This document shows, in pieces, positions 8,458 through 17,160 of a DNA stretch of 30,128 nt. Positions within the stretch are counted from its first letter, which is position 1. Each line of letters begins with the position of its first letter. Origin of the DNA: a virus. The notes below the pieces were generated by a model. It made no database searches. It was not told where the DNA came from and saw only the letters and a list, made by a program, of their open reading frames with translations. Where the stretch lies: positions 1 through 30,128 of IMG/VR virus record IMGVR_UViG_3300029905_000019, one strand, 5' to 3'. A program made the position numbers and the translations under genes.

Positions 8458-8982
8458 TTATGCAATTATTCCTGCTAATACACTTTCATCAACCTCATAG
8501 GGGAACGAATCAGATTCATCAGTTAATTCAACGGTGTAGTTGTTTGAGTCACCTTTTGCAGTACCCGTATTTCCTGAACCGTTGGTCGCACTTACATAAT
8601 CATTGTATCCCAAATACCATAATTTGTTGTTGGAATCTCTTACAATTACAGCTAATTGACCTACTGCAAGTGCTGCAACTTCAATACGTTTTGCAGTTTC
8701 CATTTTCGTAAACACCAAGCTTAATACGGTGCTTACATAGTTAGTACCTGCAGTTGCGTCAACATTAAGCGTTGAAGTCATCGAACCCGTTTGTTTACGG
8801 AATTGATAGGTATGAAACTTTGCTTCAGCATTCATAGTAATAGCTGATATTATTCCATCGTCACCAACAGTAACAGATTCAACATCTTCATAGTTAGCTA
8901 TATAAGCTGCTCGTATTCCACCAATTGAACTTGAGCAATCATTAGTAATCCCTGAAAGTACTTGCAAACAGTTTGTTGCCAT
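8458..8982 (-). CDS. Putative major tail tube protein (alternative: head decoration protein)
   Basis: 174-aa ORF bracketed by its own late motif and a strong terminator, which suggests high expression. The pattern ...VIVRDSNNKLWYLGYNDYVSATNGSGNTGTAKGDSNNYTVEL resembles tail tube proteins. It sits just downstream of the capsid gene. Confidence 0.45.
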   Translation of the reverse strand: MATNCLQVLSGITNDCSSSIGGIRAAYIANYEDVESVTVGDDGIISAITMNAEAKFHTYQFRKQTGSMTSTLNVDATAGTNYVSTVLSLVFTKMETAKRIEVAALAVGQLAVIVRDSNNKLWYLGYNDYVSATNGSGNTGTAKGDSNNYTVELTDESDSFPYEVDESVLAGIIA

Positions 8983-9006
8983 ATTTATTATATATTTTTA
9001 TTCTTA

Positions 9007-9021
9007 TTTTAATAAAATATA
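9007..9021 (-). promoter_or_regulatory. Class-A late motif TTTTAATAAAATATA
   Basis: Exact 15-mer with the extended context tattcttattttaataaaatata, upstream of the ATG at 8982. Confidence 0.55.
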
Positions 9022-9102
9022 TTTAATTATAATTTTGTTTTATTCATATAAAAAATGTATTTTTAATAAGAATAAAATATTTATATATAAACTAAAATAA
9101 AT

Positions 9103-9744
9103 ATGGAAATAGAAATATTTAGAGATATACCAAATTATGAAGGTATATATCAAATATCAAATCTTGGTAATGTAAAATCATTAAACTATAATAAAACAGG
9201 TAAAGAAAAATTATTAAAGCCTACTAAAAATGTATTTGGCTATTTATATGTTAATCTTTTTAAAGATAAAAGGCATAAAATGTATAGAGTACACCGATTA
9301 GTAGCATTAACATTCATTCCAAATCCTAATAAGTTAAAGGAAATTAATCATAAGGATGAAAATCCTTTAAATAATTGTGTACATAATTTAGAATGGTGTG
9401 ATAGGAAATATAATAATACTTATGGAAATAGAATAAAAAAGTCAATCCAAACAAGACGGATTAATGACCCTAACAACGAATCTTATAAAAAAATGATTGA
9501 AACAAGACGGATTAATGACCCAAATAATGAATGGTGTAAAAAAGCGATTGAAACTAAACGGATTAATAATTTATTAGGCGAAAAACCTATTATTCAATAT
9601 ACTAAAGAAGGCGTTGAATTAGGAATATATAGTGGAACAAGAGAAGCAGAACGACAAACAGGTATTCCACATTCAAATATTTCTTATTGTTGCAAAGGTA
9701 GATATAAATCTGCAGGGGGCTTTATTTGGAAATATGCTATATAA
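9103..9744 (+). CDS. HNH homing endonuclease (NUMOD4 - HNH_3 - repeated linker - NUMOD1-like HTH)
   Basis: Paralog of 829..1407, including a 50-nt exact match (9391-9440 = 1117-1166). It has the same motif order plus a 17-aa linker unit repeated about 2.5 times. Confidence 0.85.
   Translation: MEIEIFRDIPNYEGIYQISNLGNVKSLNYNKTGKEKLLKPTKNVFGYLYVNLFKDKRHKMYRVHRLVALTFIPNPNKLKEINHKDENPLNNCVHNLEWCDRKYNNTYGNRIKKSIQTRRINDPNNESYKKMIETRRINDPNNEWCKKAIETKRINNLLGEKPIIQYTKEGVELGIYSGTREAERQTGIPHSNISYCCKGRYKSAGGFIWKYAI
9451..9580 (+). repeat. 51-nt (17-aa) tandem coding repeat, about 2.5 units
   Basis: Units start at 9451, 9502 and 9553 (acaagacggattaatgacc...), encoding TRRINDPNNESYKKMIE / TRRINDPNNEWCKKAIE / TKRINN... 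Confidence 0.8.
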
Positions 9745-9750
9745 ATAAAA

Positions 9751-9774
9751 AAAGTGGTCAAAATTGACCACTTT
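9751..9774. terminator. Bidirectional hairpin terminator between convergent HNH and capsid genes
   Basis: 10-bp stem aaagtggtca/tgaccacttt with a 4-nt loop, A-run on one side and T-rich sequence on the other. Confidence 0.65.
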
Positions 9775-9795
9775 AATTAATTAATATATTGTTTA

Positions 9796-10716
9796 CTACT
9801 CGGTTGCAATCACACCTTTTACAACCTCATTTGGCCAGGCGATTTGCACTCCCGCTACGAACTCAATAGCTAATCTGAACTCATTAAAATCTTTGCTATA
9901 CCATAAATCAAATTTCTCTTCATCGTTCATCATATCGCAGCCATAGTAAAGGTTCATCGGGTCAGCGGCTACAATAGTGTTAGTGCCATTTAAACCATTA
10001 ACTGCTATAACTTTGGTGTTGGTACCCGGTAAAATAAACTCTTCTGAAGGCATACCATCAGCAGGATAATGATAGTAGTTTTTAGCAACCATCTCAACCA
10101 TAAAATTGCGGAATAAATCAGCTCCAACAAATATTACAGCTTTGTCTAATACTTTTTCAGGAATAGCCAAATAAACTTTTGTAATAGCATCATAAGCAGA
10201 AGTACCTGATGCGCTATCAGCTTCAACAACATCTTCGGCCTCACCTAAAATCTTAATTAAGCCATCAAACCATTTTAAATCATTTGCGGTTGCACCGGTG
10301 GCTTCAGTATCACCCTGCCAAATTAATTTCTCAATTTTTTCTTTTACTTTTTCAACAATTAAACTTGTAAAATCTTCCTCAAATGGTAATGTTTTTTGGC
10401 CTGCTGCTACTTTTACTTGATAACCTGTCCAATATTTTAAGAAGTTCTTATCGCAGAAAGATTGGTTAACTTTAATTGTGCCTGTAGTTAAAATACGCTG
10501 TGATAAAGTGGTAGTACCTGAATCTGTCCAACCGCAAGCGGAACCATCTTGTAACTCAACATCAGTAGCTAAAAGGTTTAAAGCGGCTTGATATTTAATA
10601 TCAGTCTGTAAGTTCATTAAGCTTGCAGATTTAGCTGATAAAACAGCTTCTTTAATCAAAGGAAGTCTGCGTTGCTCAACATATAAAGGCAGACTTGTCA
10701 TTACGGGATTTGCCAT
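9796..10716 (-). CDS. Major capsid protein
   Basis: 306-aa ORF directly after the protease and scaffold genes. LIWQGDTEATG...WFDGLIKIL and the C-terminal FRLAIEFVAGVQIAWP are typical of HK97-fold capsid families. It has its own late motif and is flanked by terminators. Confidence 0.75.
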   Translation of the reverse strand: MANPVMTSLPLYVEQRRLPLIKEAVLSAKSASLMNLQTDIKYQAALNLLATDVELQDGSACGWTDSGTTTLSQRILTTGTIKVNQSFCDKNFLKYWTGYQVKVAAGQKTLPFEEDFTSLIVEKVKEKIEKLIWQGDTEATGATANDLKWFDGLIKILGEAEDVVEADSASGTSAYDAITKVYLAIPEKVLDKAVIFVGADLFRNFMVEMVAKNYYHYPADGMPSEEFILPGTNTKVIAVNGLNGTNTIVAADPMNLYYGCDMMNDEEKFDLWYSKDFNEFRLAIEFVAGVQIAWPNEVVKGVIATE

Positions 10717-10741
10717 ATTTTATTATTTTTTTATTCTTATT

Positions 10742-10756
10742 TTTTAATAAAATATA
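10742..10756 (-). promoter_or_regulatory. Class-A late motif TTTTAATAAAATATA
   Basis: Exact 15-mer with context tattcttatttttaataaaatata. It lies between the terminator at 10789-10818 and the ATG at 10716. Confidence 0.6.
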
Positions 10757-10788
10757 GGCTATTAATAACTTGTTAATTTTTCATAAAA

Positions 10789-10818
10789 TAAAAAAAGAGC
10801 AACTAATATTAGTTGCTC
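10789..10818 (-). terminator. Rho-independent terminator after the scaffold gene
   Basis: Stem gagcaacta/tagttgctc (10797-10805/10810-10818) followed by a U-run on the minus strand. Confidence 0.7.
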
Positions 10819-10845
10819 AAAAATGACTATGGAAAAGAATATTTA

Positions 10846-11421
10846 TTATTTGAAATGCTGTCTGAACATCTCTAATTTTTTATCACCTGCGGTTTCAACT
10901 GTGACAGTCTTTTTAATTTCATCTTCAGCAGGTTTTGCAGCAGACATTTTTTCAATTTTTGAAAGTCTTTCATCAGCTTCTTTACGGCTTTCACCAATTT
11001 TATTTAGAACTGCATCAACTATTTTATAAAGCTCATTAACTTCTTTGCGTAATTCCTCAATAGCTTTATTTACATCTTCTTTGCTGCCATCAGGATTTTC
11101 TACCATTGGTTCTGCATCTTCTGCGCAAGCTTGTTTATCAGTTTCTGCACATTTGGTTTTTTCAGCTGCATCAACTTCTGCAGCAGCATCTACAATACTT
11201 TCAACTTTGCCATCTTTAACAACAATAGTTTTTCCATCTTCCGTTGCATATTCTCCATCTTCTGCAGGTTTTCTTTCACCATCTACATCAACATAGACAC
11301 TATATCCCGCTTTTAAATCTTCTTCAGAATCCCATACTAAAACAGCTTTATCAGTTTTTACTGCGCCACATTCTACTAATAAATTAGCTAATCTTTTTCT
11401 AATTTTATCTAATTTGGTCAT
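10846..11421 (-). CDS. Scaffolding protein (putative)
   Basis: 191 aa, highly acidic, Ala/Glu/Lys/Asp-rich with helical character, positioned between the protease and the capsid gene. Confidence 0.6.
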   Translation of the reverse strand: MTKLDKIRKRLANLLVECGAVKTDKAVLVWDSEEDLKAGYSVYVDVDGERKPAEDGEYATEDGKTIVVKDGKVESIVDAAAEVDAAEKTKCAETDKQACAEDAEPMVENPDGSKEDVNKAIEELRKEVNELYKIVDAVLNKIGESRKEADERLSKIEKMSAAKPAEDEIKKTVTVETAGDKKLEMFRQHFK

Positions 11422-11431
11422 ATTCTTATTT

Positions 11432-11446
11432 TTTTAATAAAATATA
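11432..11446 (-). promoter_or_regulatory. Class-A late motif TTTTAATAAAATATA
   Basis: Exact 15-mer, with 14 nt between its core and the ATG at 11421. Confidence 0.55.
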
Positions 11447-11453
11447 TTATTTA

Positions 11454-12065
11454 TTATTTTTGTTTTAGGTAGTTAATTTGATTTTGGATGATTGTTAGAT
11501 ATTCTTCAATATCAGTATCTTCAATATTATCATTTTCTTTTAATGCTAAATCAAAATAGCCCTCAAACGAAATACCTATATTATCACCATTTTCAACTTT
11601 TTCCCATATTTTAGGATTTTCTACATCAAACACCCCAAATAAACTACCATTTTCAATATCTTCAAATCCAACAGGATTAATTCCTTTATCAGTATCTTTA
11701 ATGAATATTTCCAAATAATATACACCATCTAATTTATTGGATGATTGGTGTTCAATATTATATCTGTTTAGTTTACCATCTTCAAGCATTTTTTTAGCTA
11801 TTTTTTCAATGGTTTGTCTGTCATAAATTATATAATATTCACCCAAATCTGAATCTTTGCGGTAAATTGGAAAATTACAACGGCAAATAGGGGCTATTAC
11901 TCTATGATGAACATTATCTAATACACTATAATATTTTTGTTTATCTTGTTTTGAAAACTTCATTAGATTAACTTCCATCGCAGGTTTTTCAACAAAACTT
12001 ATACAGTCTATACCTTGTGTTTCTTCATTAAGTTGTGCAAAATATATTGGTAATCTGTTATCCAT
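11454..12065 (-). CDS. XkdF-like prohead serine protease (putative)
   Basis: 203 aa. ISFVEKPAMEVNLMKF and VIAPICRCNFPIYRKDSDLGEYYIIYDRQTIEKIAKKM...NIEHQ follow the XkdF-type pattern. It is upstream of the scaffold and capsid genes. Confidence 0.55.
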   Translation of the reverse strand: MDNRLPIYFAQLNEETQGIDCISFVEKPAMEVNLMKFSKQDKQKYYSVLDNVHHRVIAPICRCNFPIYRKDSDLGEYYIIYDRQTIEKIAKKMLEDGKLNRYNIEHQSSNKLDGVYYLEIFIKDTDKGINPVGFEDIENGSLFGVFDVENPKIWEKVENGDNIGISFEGYFDLALKENDNIEDTDIEEYLTIIQNQINYLKQK

Positions 12066-12076
12066 TTTATTTTAAT

Positions 12077-12091
12077 TTTTAATAAAATATA
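12077..12091 (-). promoter_or_regulatory. Class-A late motif TTTTAATAAAATATA
   Basis: Exact 15-mer, with 15 nt between its core and the ATG at 12065. Confidence 0.55.
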
Positions 12092-12099
12092 ATTATTTA

Positions 12100-14187
12100 T
12101 TAGAATGTAGCATTAGTTTCAACAACACTTACTTTATTTTGAACATTTGTAATGTCACTTTCAACTACATATACGCGCTGTGAATTATTTAATTCTGTTG
12201 TTTCAGAATCTGACAATAAATTACGGGTATATTCAACAGGTAGATTTCGAGATATATCTAACGATGGTGTTACAGCTGCAGCAGTAGATGAACTACCTGT
12301 ACCTGTTTCAGTATTTATTGACATAATACTTTTGACATTTGCAAGTCCTGTTGCAATTGCAGCGGCCATATAAACGGCACCTAGTGCAGGTGACCATACA
12401 CCACCGGGGTTAAAAGCTGCTCGATATGCTTCTTCTGCGGAAGCCCAAGTATTAATTAGGGTACTTGCAACGGCTGCTGCTTTACCTGCTTTTGTGTTTT
12501 CTCCAATTAAAGTAGCTGTTGCTGAAAGTATAGTTGATAAGCCATTATATGTGGCTTTTCGAGCTGCCAATTTTTTTTGCTCGCATTGTATTTCGTTATC
12601 TCGTTCTTTATTTTGTAATTCAATTATTTTATTTGTATGTTCATTTTCTATTTCCTCCAATCTATTCATAAGTTCTACTTTAACATCAAAATAAAGCGAC
12701 TCATCATTTATTCTTTCGTTTAATATTTCTTTTTGTTGAGAATTAATATATTGTTCAAGTTCAATTAATTTATCGTAATATGATTTTTGTAAATTATATT
12801 TATCTTCAGGCCTAACATATCCATTACTTTCCAATGAAAACATTTTATTAGCATAATCCGTTTCATTAAAAGATTTATATGATTCATAAAAATCACTTAA
12901 CATTGATAAATGCGTATCAATATTCATTAACATAATTTCTTTTTGTGACTCAATATTATCTTTTAGATTTTCATTTTGAATTTTAGCTATATCATCGTTA
13001 TATTCTTTAATTAGTCCTGTAATATCTTGTCCCGCCTGTCTGAATAATTCTTTTTCTTGCTCAAACTGTTTTGTACGCAATTCAATTTGCGTCATACCCT
13101 GTTCTTCAATACGTTTTTTTATGGCTTCAATTTGTTTAGTATCAATAGCGGAACTATTATCATTTAATATGTCATTAGTTTTTTGTATTTCTTTGTTAAA
13201 TGTTTTAGCAGCTTTAGCCCCTTCTAAATATCCTTTATTTATTAAGTTTTGATATTGAAAACTTAATTTAGTAACAGTTTCATTAGTTTCTCCAAGTTGT
13301 TTATTTATTTGAATGTATTCATCACTTTCTTTTTTACCTTGTTGTAATAATTCATTTCTTATATCTAATAATTTAGATGATTGTTCTTTAGCCTCTTCTA
13401 ATTTTTTTGATATTGATTCTAATTCATTATTTCGTAAAGTTTCTTGATATTCTTTTGTAGCTTTATCAATCGCCTCAGTATTATTTCTCGCTTCTGCTAA
13501 TGCTTCGTTATATTTTTTAAGAGCTTTTAGATTTTGCTGTTGTAAATAAAAATCTAAACCATCTAATGCATTCTTCAAACGTTCAACAGCCGCTGTTGCC
13601 TCATCTTGTGGTGAAGTATCTTTCCATAGCTGCGATATTTTGTCCCAATTTGCGATAACTTCGCCAATTGCAACTACTAATATTCCTAAACCTGTGGCAA
13701 GTAATGCTTTTTTAATACCACTTAACCCCACAATAAATCCTTTTACCGCAGTTGTAGCGCTTCTGAATTGAATACTTGCAGCTTTAATATCTTTGCTTAA
13801 ACCTTCTAAACCCTGTAATCCCTGTACTAACGCGATAACACCCTGTAGTCTTACCATAGTTTTTTCAACGGTTTCTGATTCACTGCCAAAAATAACCATA
13901 GCTCCCTGTACTGCACCAAAACCACTTGCAAGACCTGTTGCAAGACGATTTACAGTTGCTATTTGTTCACCTAAATCAGCGGCTGAATAACGTACAAGTT
14001 CATTCATATCTCGCATAGCGAATGTTCTATCTGCTAACGCTCCTAATACTTGATTGTATTCTTGGCTACTTTCATCGAGATTTAATAATTCATCTTTTAA
14101 TAGCTTTATCTCTTTTCGTAACTGTTTTACTGAAGTATTTGAATCGCCTGCGTCAACGCTCAATATTTTAACAATTTCTTCTGTCAT
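12100..14187 (-). CDS. Tape measure protein
   Basis: 695 aa with a long coiled-coil centre. There are Gly/Ala-rich hydrophobic segments near the N-terminus (GLASGFGAVQGAMVIFG, GLGILVVAIGEVIANW) and the C-terminus (ALGAVYMAAAIATGLANV). Confidence 0.75.
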   Translation of the reverse strand: MTEEIVKILSVDAGDSNTSVKQLRKEIKLLKDELLNLDESSQEYNQVLGALADRTFAMRDMNELVRYSAADLGEQIATVNRLATGLASGFGAVQGAMVIFGSESETVEKTMVRLQGVIALVQGLQGLEGLSKDIKAASIQFRSATTAVKGFIVGLSGIKKALLATGLGILVVAIGEVIANWDKISQLWKDTSPQDEATAAVERLKNALDGLDFYLQQQNLKALKKYNEALAEARNNTEAIDKATKEYQETLRNNELESISKKLEEAKEQSSKLLDIRNELLQQGKKESDEYIQINKQLGETNETVTKLSFQYQNLINKGYLEGAKAAKTFNKEIQKTNDILNDNSSAIDTKQIEAIKKRIEEQGMTQIELRTKQFEQEKELFRQAGQDITGLIKEYNDDIAKIQNENLKDNIESQKEIMLMNIDTHLSMLSDFYESYKSFNETDYANKMFSLESNGYVRPEDKYNLQKSYYDKLIELEQYINSQQKEILNERINDESLYFDVKVELMNRLEEIENEHTNKIIELQNKERDNEIQCEQKKLAARKATYNGLSTILSATATLIGENTKAGKAAAVASTLINTWASAEEAYRAAFNPGGVWSPALGAVYMAAAIATGLANVKSIMSINTETGTGSSSTAAAVTPSLDISRNLPVEYTRNLLSDSETTELNNSQRVYVVESDITNVQNKVSVVETNATF

Positions 14188-14196
14188 TTCAATATA

Positions 14197-14213
14197 TTTT
14201 ATAAAAAATATAT
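14197..14213 (-). promoter_or_regulatory. Class-B late motif TTTTATAAAAAATATAT
   Basis: 17-mer identical to 17111-17127, lying 9 nt from the ATG at 14187. Confidence 0.5.
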
Positions 14214-14232
14214 TGATAAATGGTTGAGTATT

Positions 14233-14266
14233 TATAAAAAAATATTCTGTGTATGCACAGAATATT
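14233..14266 (-). terminator. Rho-independent terminator after 14291..17104
   Basis: 11-bp stem aatattctgtg/cacagaatatt (14241-14251/14256-14266) followed by a U-run on the minus strand. Confidence 0.7.
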
Positions 14267-14290
14267 TAATAAATCAATATTAATAGTATC

Positions 14291-17104
14291 TTAAATTGTT
14301 TGGCTTTGCAAATAGCTATTCATATCTATTACTTTTATGAACTCGCATTGTACGGTTTTATTTGAATTAATATCATAATTATTAATTTTATTTAAAATCC
14401 AAATGCAATTATTGAAATAATAAAAGTTTTTTAATAAATCTGAATTAACCTTAAAATTACTTAAGTTAACATAACAAGTAATTTTTTTATTATTAACGTT
14501 AAATTGGTCTGTTAAATATGATTCCCAAAACTTATGGTATATAGTAGAAGTATTATCATAATTTAAATCTTGTACATATAATTCTAAGGGTTGTTCAAAG
14601 TCATAACTATATTTTATTACATTATTTTCAGATATATAACGCGAAAAATGCGGAAGATAATTTAACTTGATAGCTATTGTACTACCTGCGGCATTTTTTG
14701 AGTTTTCGCAAAACAAATAGCAGGGTCCGCCATTTAGTTTATACATTTCATTTACATCATCACTTAATTGATATGGTATTTGTCTGCCATCGCTATCTAA
14801 CAAGTGTACATTGCCATCAAATAAAATTAAGCTATTACTAATGTCTGAAAGATTTTTTACATTATTTTCAAGTGTAAAAAAAACAGGTTTATCAAACAAA
14901 TCATAGCCATTTCGCGTATATTCAGTAGTTTTAGATAAATCAATTATATTTGCGCCTGAAATATCTATACTTGTACTATTATCCCCATTAAATAATTGAT
15001 ATTTTAAATTATCTACTAAAAATGTGGGGCAATTATAATAATTACTATTAAAAAAGTTTCTATAATATACACTATTATCTGTTAGTTGTATAACATTTTC
15101 ATAAATATTATCAGATAATATATCATTGGTTTCATTATTAAAATTATACCCTGTTTTTAACCTTTTTTGACCATATGAAACACCATAGTCATTATTATAT
15201 TTTTTTATCAAGTAATTTTCTTCATCTTCATCATATTTTAATCTTAAAAACTTACTTGAAAATAACAATGGCTGTATTTTCATTTCTTGCGAATAGTCAA
15301 TTAAGTTATTTATATCTTTTACAGTATTATTAAAATAGTTATTTTTTGATAGTATTTTAATTTTTTTAGGATTTTGACTATCATATTCATAATTCAAATT
15401 AAACATTTTGGTAAAACTTAATAAGTAATCCAAAGGTGTATTTTCATTTTTTAATAATTTATCTTTTGTTAAACGCGAGCCACTACCTAGATTATCATTA
15501 TATTTTAATGTAATATTAGAAGTATCAAGTTCAATTATGGCATTACCTAAAACTGAATTATTAATATACTCATTATATGTTATATCTTGCGCCGCATTTA
15601 ATCCGCGGGCCACATCATTAAAATGTGCTATTATCTGAATATATAATTTGTTGGATACTTTAATATCTTCCAAACTTATGTTAAATGTATTATTTCCATT
15701 TTCAGAAAAATAATAAAAATCTCCATTTTCAATTTTTTTAAAATATCCCTTAAATACATTATTAGCCGGTGTATAAATTATATTAACCAAAGAGTTCAAC
15801 GTCGCATAGTTATTGGCGATTATATTGCTATTTTCGTCTAGTATATTTATAGAAATAGCTACCGCATTATTACCCCAAATTGGATAAGGAGCATTTTTTA
15901 CGTAATATCCATTATATAATATATCAGCATTATTTGCTATTTCTAAATTGGTTTCAGGAACAAATTTTACCGAGAAATTAAATGATAGCGACATTGAATA
16001 TTGATTAATTGAAAGCGTTGCCAAATCAACTTCGTATGTTTTTGTATTGTAATTAAATATATCATTATTATTAACACCCAAATAAAAAGTTTCTGAAACG
16101 TCAGGATAACCAACACTATAATCAAAAGGAGGTACTTTTATTAATTGGGTTTCAGAAGTTTGATTTTCATTTTCAATATAATTTGTAGAAAAAGTTGGTA
16201 ATAATATATAGCTTTTACTAAAATACGGATTATTTGTATTAAAAAAATCGCTATCTAATTCAATGTCATATCCACCATTATTTTCAGGATTGCATATTGC
16301 ACTAATAAACTTATCTAATTTTAATGCGGGGCGCTGTTTATAACTTCGCAAATCTCTTATCTGCCATTCATCGTACTCCTTATTTAATTCTCCTAATGCA
16401 TATCCATTAACTGTAGTATATGTAGTATCATTTTCAGTAATAGAAGTTGTTGGAAATAATAAACTACTATTGGTATTTATTAATACTTTATTATTATCAA
16501 AATCTTCATATATGCCATTATAACTTGGAACAAATGTAATTGTATTATATATTGTATTTGTTCCGTCATTTATATGCTGCCAACAATTATTTACAAAATC
16601 TTTGTCAAGTGTGAAATCCATTTCAGATTCTGATGGTAATGTATTGCCGCTTTCATCAACAATTCCATATGTTAAATCTTTTAAGAACTTTTCATTACCA
16701 TCATCATCATAAGCCAAATTATAAAAAAAGTCTCCTAAACCTCCATATAACGTTGTTTCATAAATTATAACTTTATTTTTGATTGATATACTATTTAATT
16801 GCATATATCCCGTTTCAACTAACTCAGAATTATTAAAAAGTTGAAAAGGTGTTCTTTTCGATGGGTCAAAATATGCACCTAATATATAATTTTCATCATA
16901 TAGCAGATTTTTATCTAAATTATATATTTCACCAAATATTTTATTATTATTTTTGGTAGATGGTATTGTTATATTTTTTGTAAAGCTATTTTTAACTGCA
17001 GCAGGACTGCTTGTATCTTCAAGCTGATAAGTAAACGGTATTGATATTTCATCTGAAAAATCAACTAAATTATTTTCAATATACAACTTTATATCTTGTT
17101 TCAT
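14291..17104 (-). CDS. Large tail/baseplate structural protein
   Basis: 937-aa Asn/Tyr/Ser-rich ORF. The N-terminal IKLYIENNLVDFSDEISIPFTYQLEDTSSPAAVKNSFTKNITIPSTKNNNKIFG resembles the N-termini of phage tail tip or distal tail proteins. Confidence 0.55.
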   Translation of the reverse strand: MKQDIKLYIENNLVDFSDEISIPFTYQLEDTSSPAAVKNSFTKNITIPSTKNNNKIFGEIYNLDKNLLYDENYILGAYFDPSKRTPFQLFNNSELVETGYMQLNSISIKNKVIIYETTLYGGLGDFFYNLAYDDDGNEKFLKDLTYGIVDESGNTLPSESEMDFTLDKDFVNNCWQHINDGTNTIYNTITFVPSYNGIYEDFDNNKVLINTNSSLLFPTTSITENDTTYTTVNGYALGELNKEYDEWQIRDLRSYKQRPALKLDKFISAICNPENNGGYDIELDSDFFNTNNPYFSKSYILLPTFSTNYIENENQTSETQLIKVPPFDYSVGYPDVSETFYLGVNNNDIFNYNTKTYEVDLATLSINQYSMSLSFNFSVKFVPETNLEIANNADILYNGYYVKNAPYPIWGNNAVAISINILDENSNIIANNYATLNSLVNIIYTPANNVFKGYFKKIENGDFYYFSENGNNTFNISLEDIKVSNKLYIQIIAHFNDVARGLNAAQDITYNEYINNSVLGNAIIELDTSNITLKYNDNLGSGSRLTKDKLLKNENTPLDYLLSFTKMFNLNYEYDSQNPKKIKILSKNNYFNNTVKDINNLIDYSQEMKIQPLLFSSKFLRLKYDEDEENYLIKKYNNDYGVSYGQKRLKTGYNFNNETNDILSDNIYENVIQLTDNSVYYRNFFNSNYYNCPTFLVDNLKYQLFNGDNSTSIDISGANIIDLSKTTEYTRNGYDLFDKPVFFTLENNVKNLSDISNSLILFDGNVHLLDSDGRQIPYQLSDDVNEMYKLNGGPCYLFCENSKNAAGSTIAIKLNYLPHFSRYISENNVIKYSYDFEQPLELYVQDLNYDNTSTIYHKFWESYLTDQFNVNNKKITCYVNLSNFKVNSDLLKNFYYFNNCIWILNKINNYDINSNKTVQCEFIKVIDMNSYLQSQTI

Positions 17105-17110
17105 ATATTT

Positions 17111-17127
17111 TTTTATAAAAAATATAT
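17111..17127 (-). promoter_or_regulatory. Class-B late motif TTTTATAAAAAATATAT
   Basis: Identical 17-mer to 14197-14213, lying 6 nt from the ATG at 17104. Confidence 0.5.
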
Positions 17128-17160
17128 AAAAAAAAAGGTAAGTAATTAAATACTTACCTT
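17127..17160 (-). terminator. Rho-independent terminator overlapping the stop of 17154..19313
   Basis: 10-bp stem aaggtaagta/tacttacctt (17135-17144/17151-17160) followed by a U-run on the minus strand. Confidence 0.7.
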
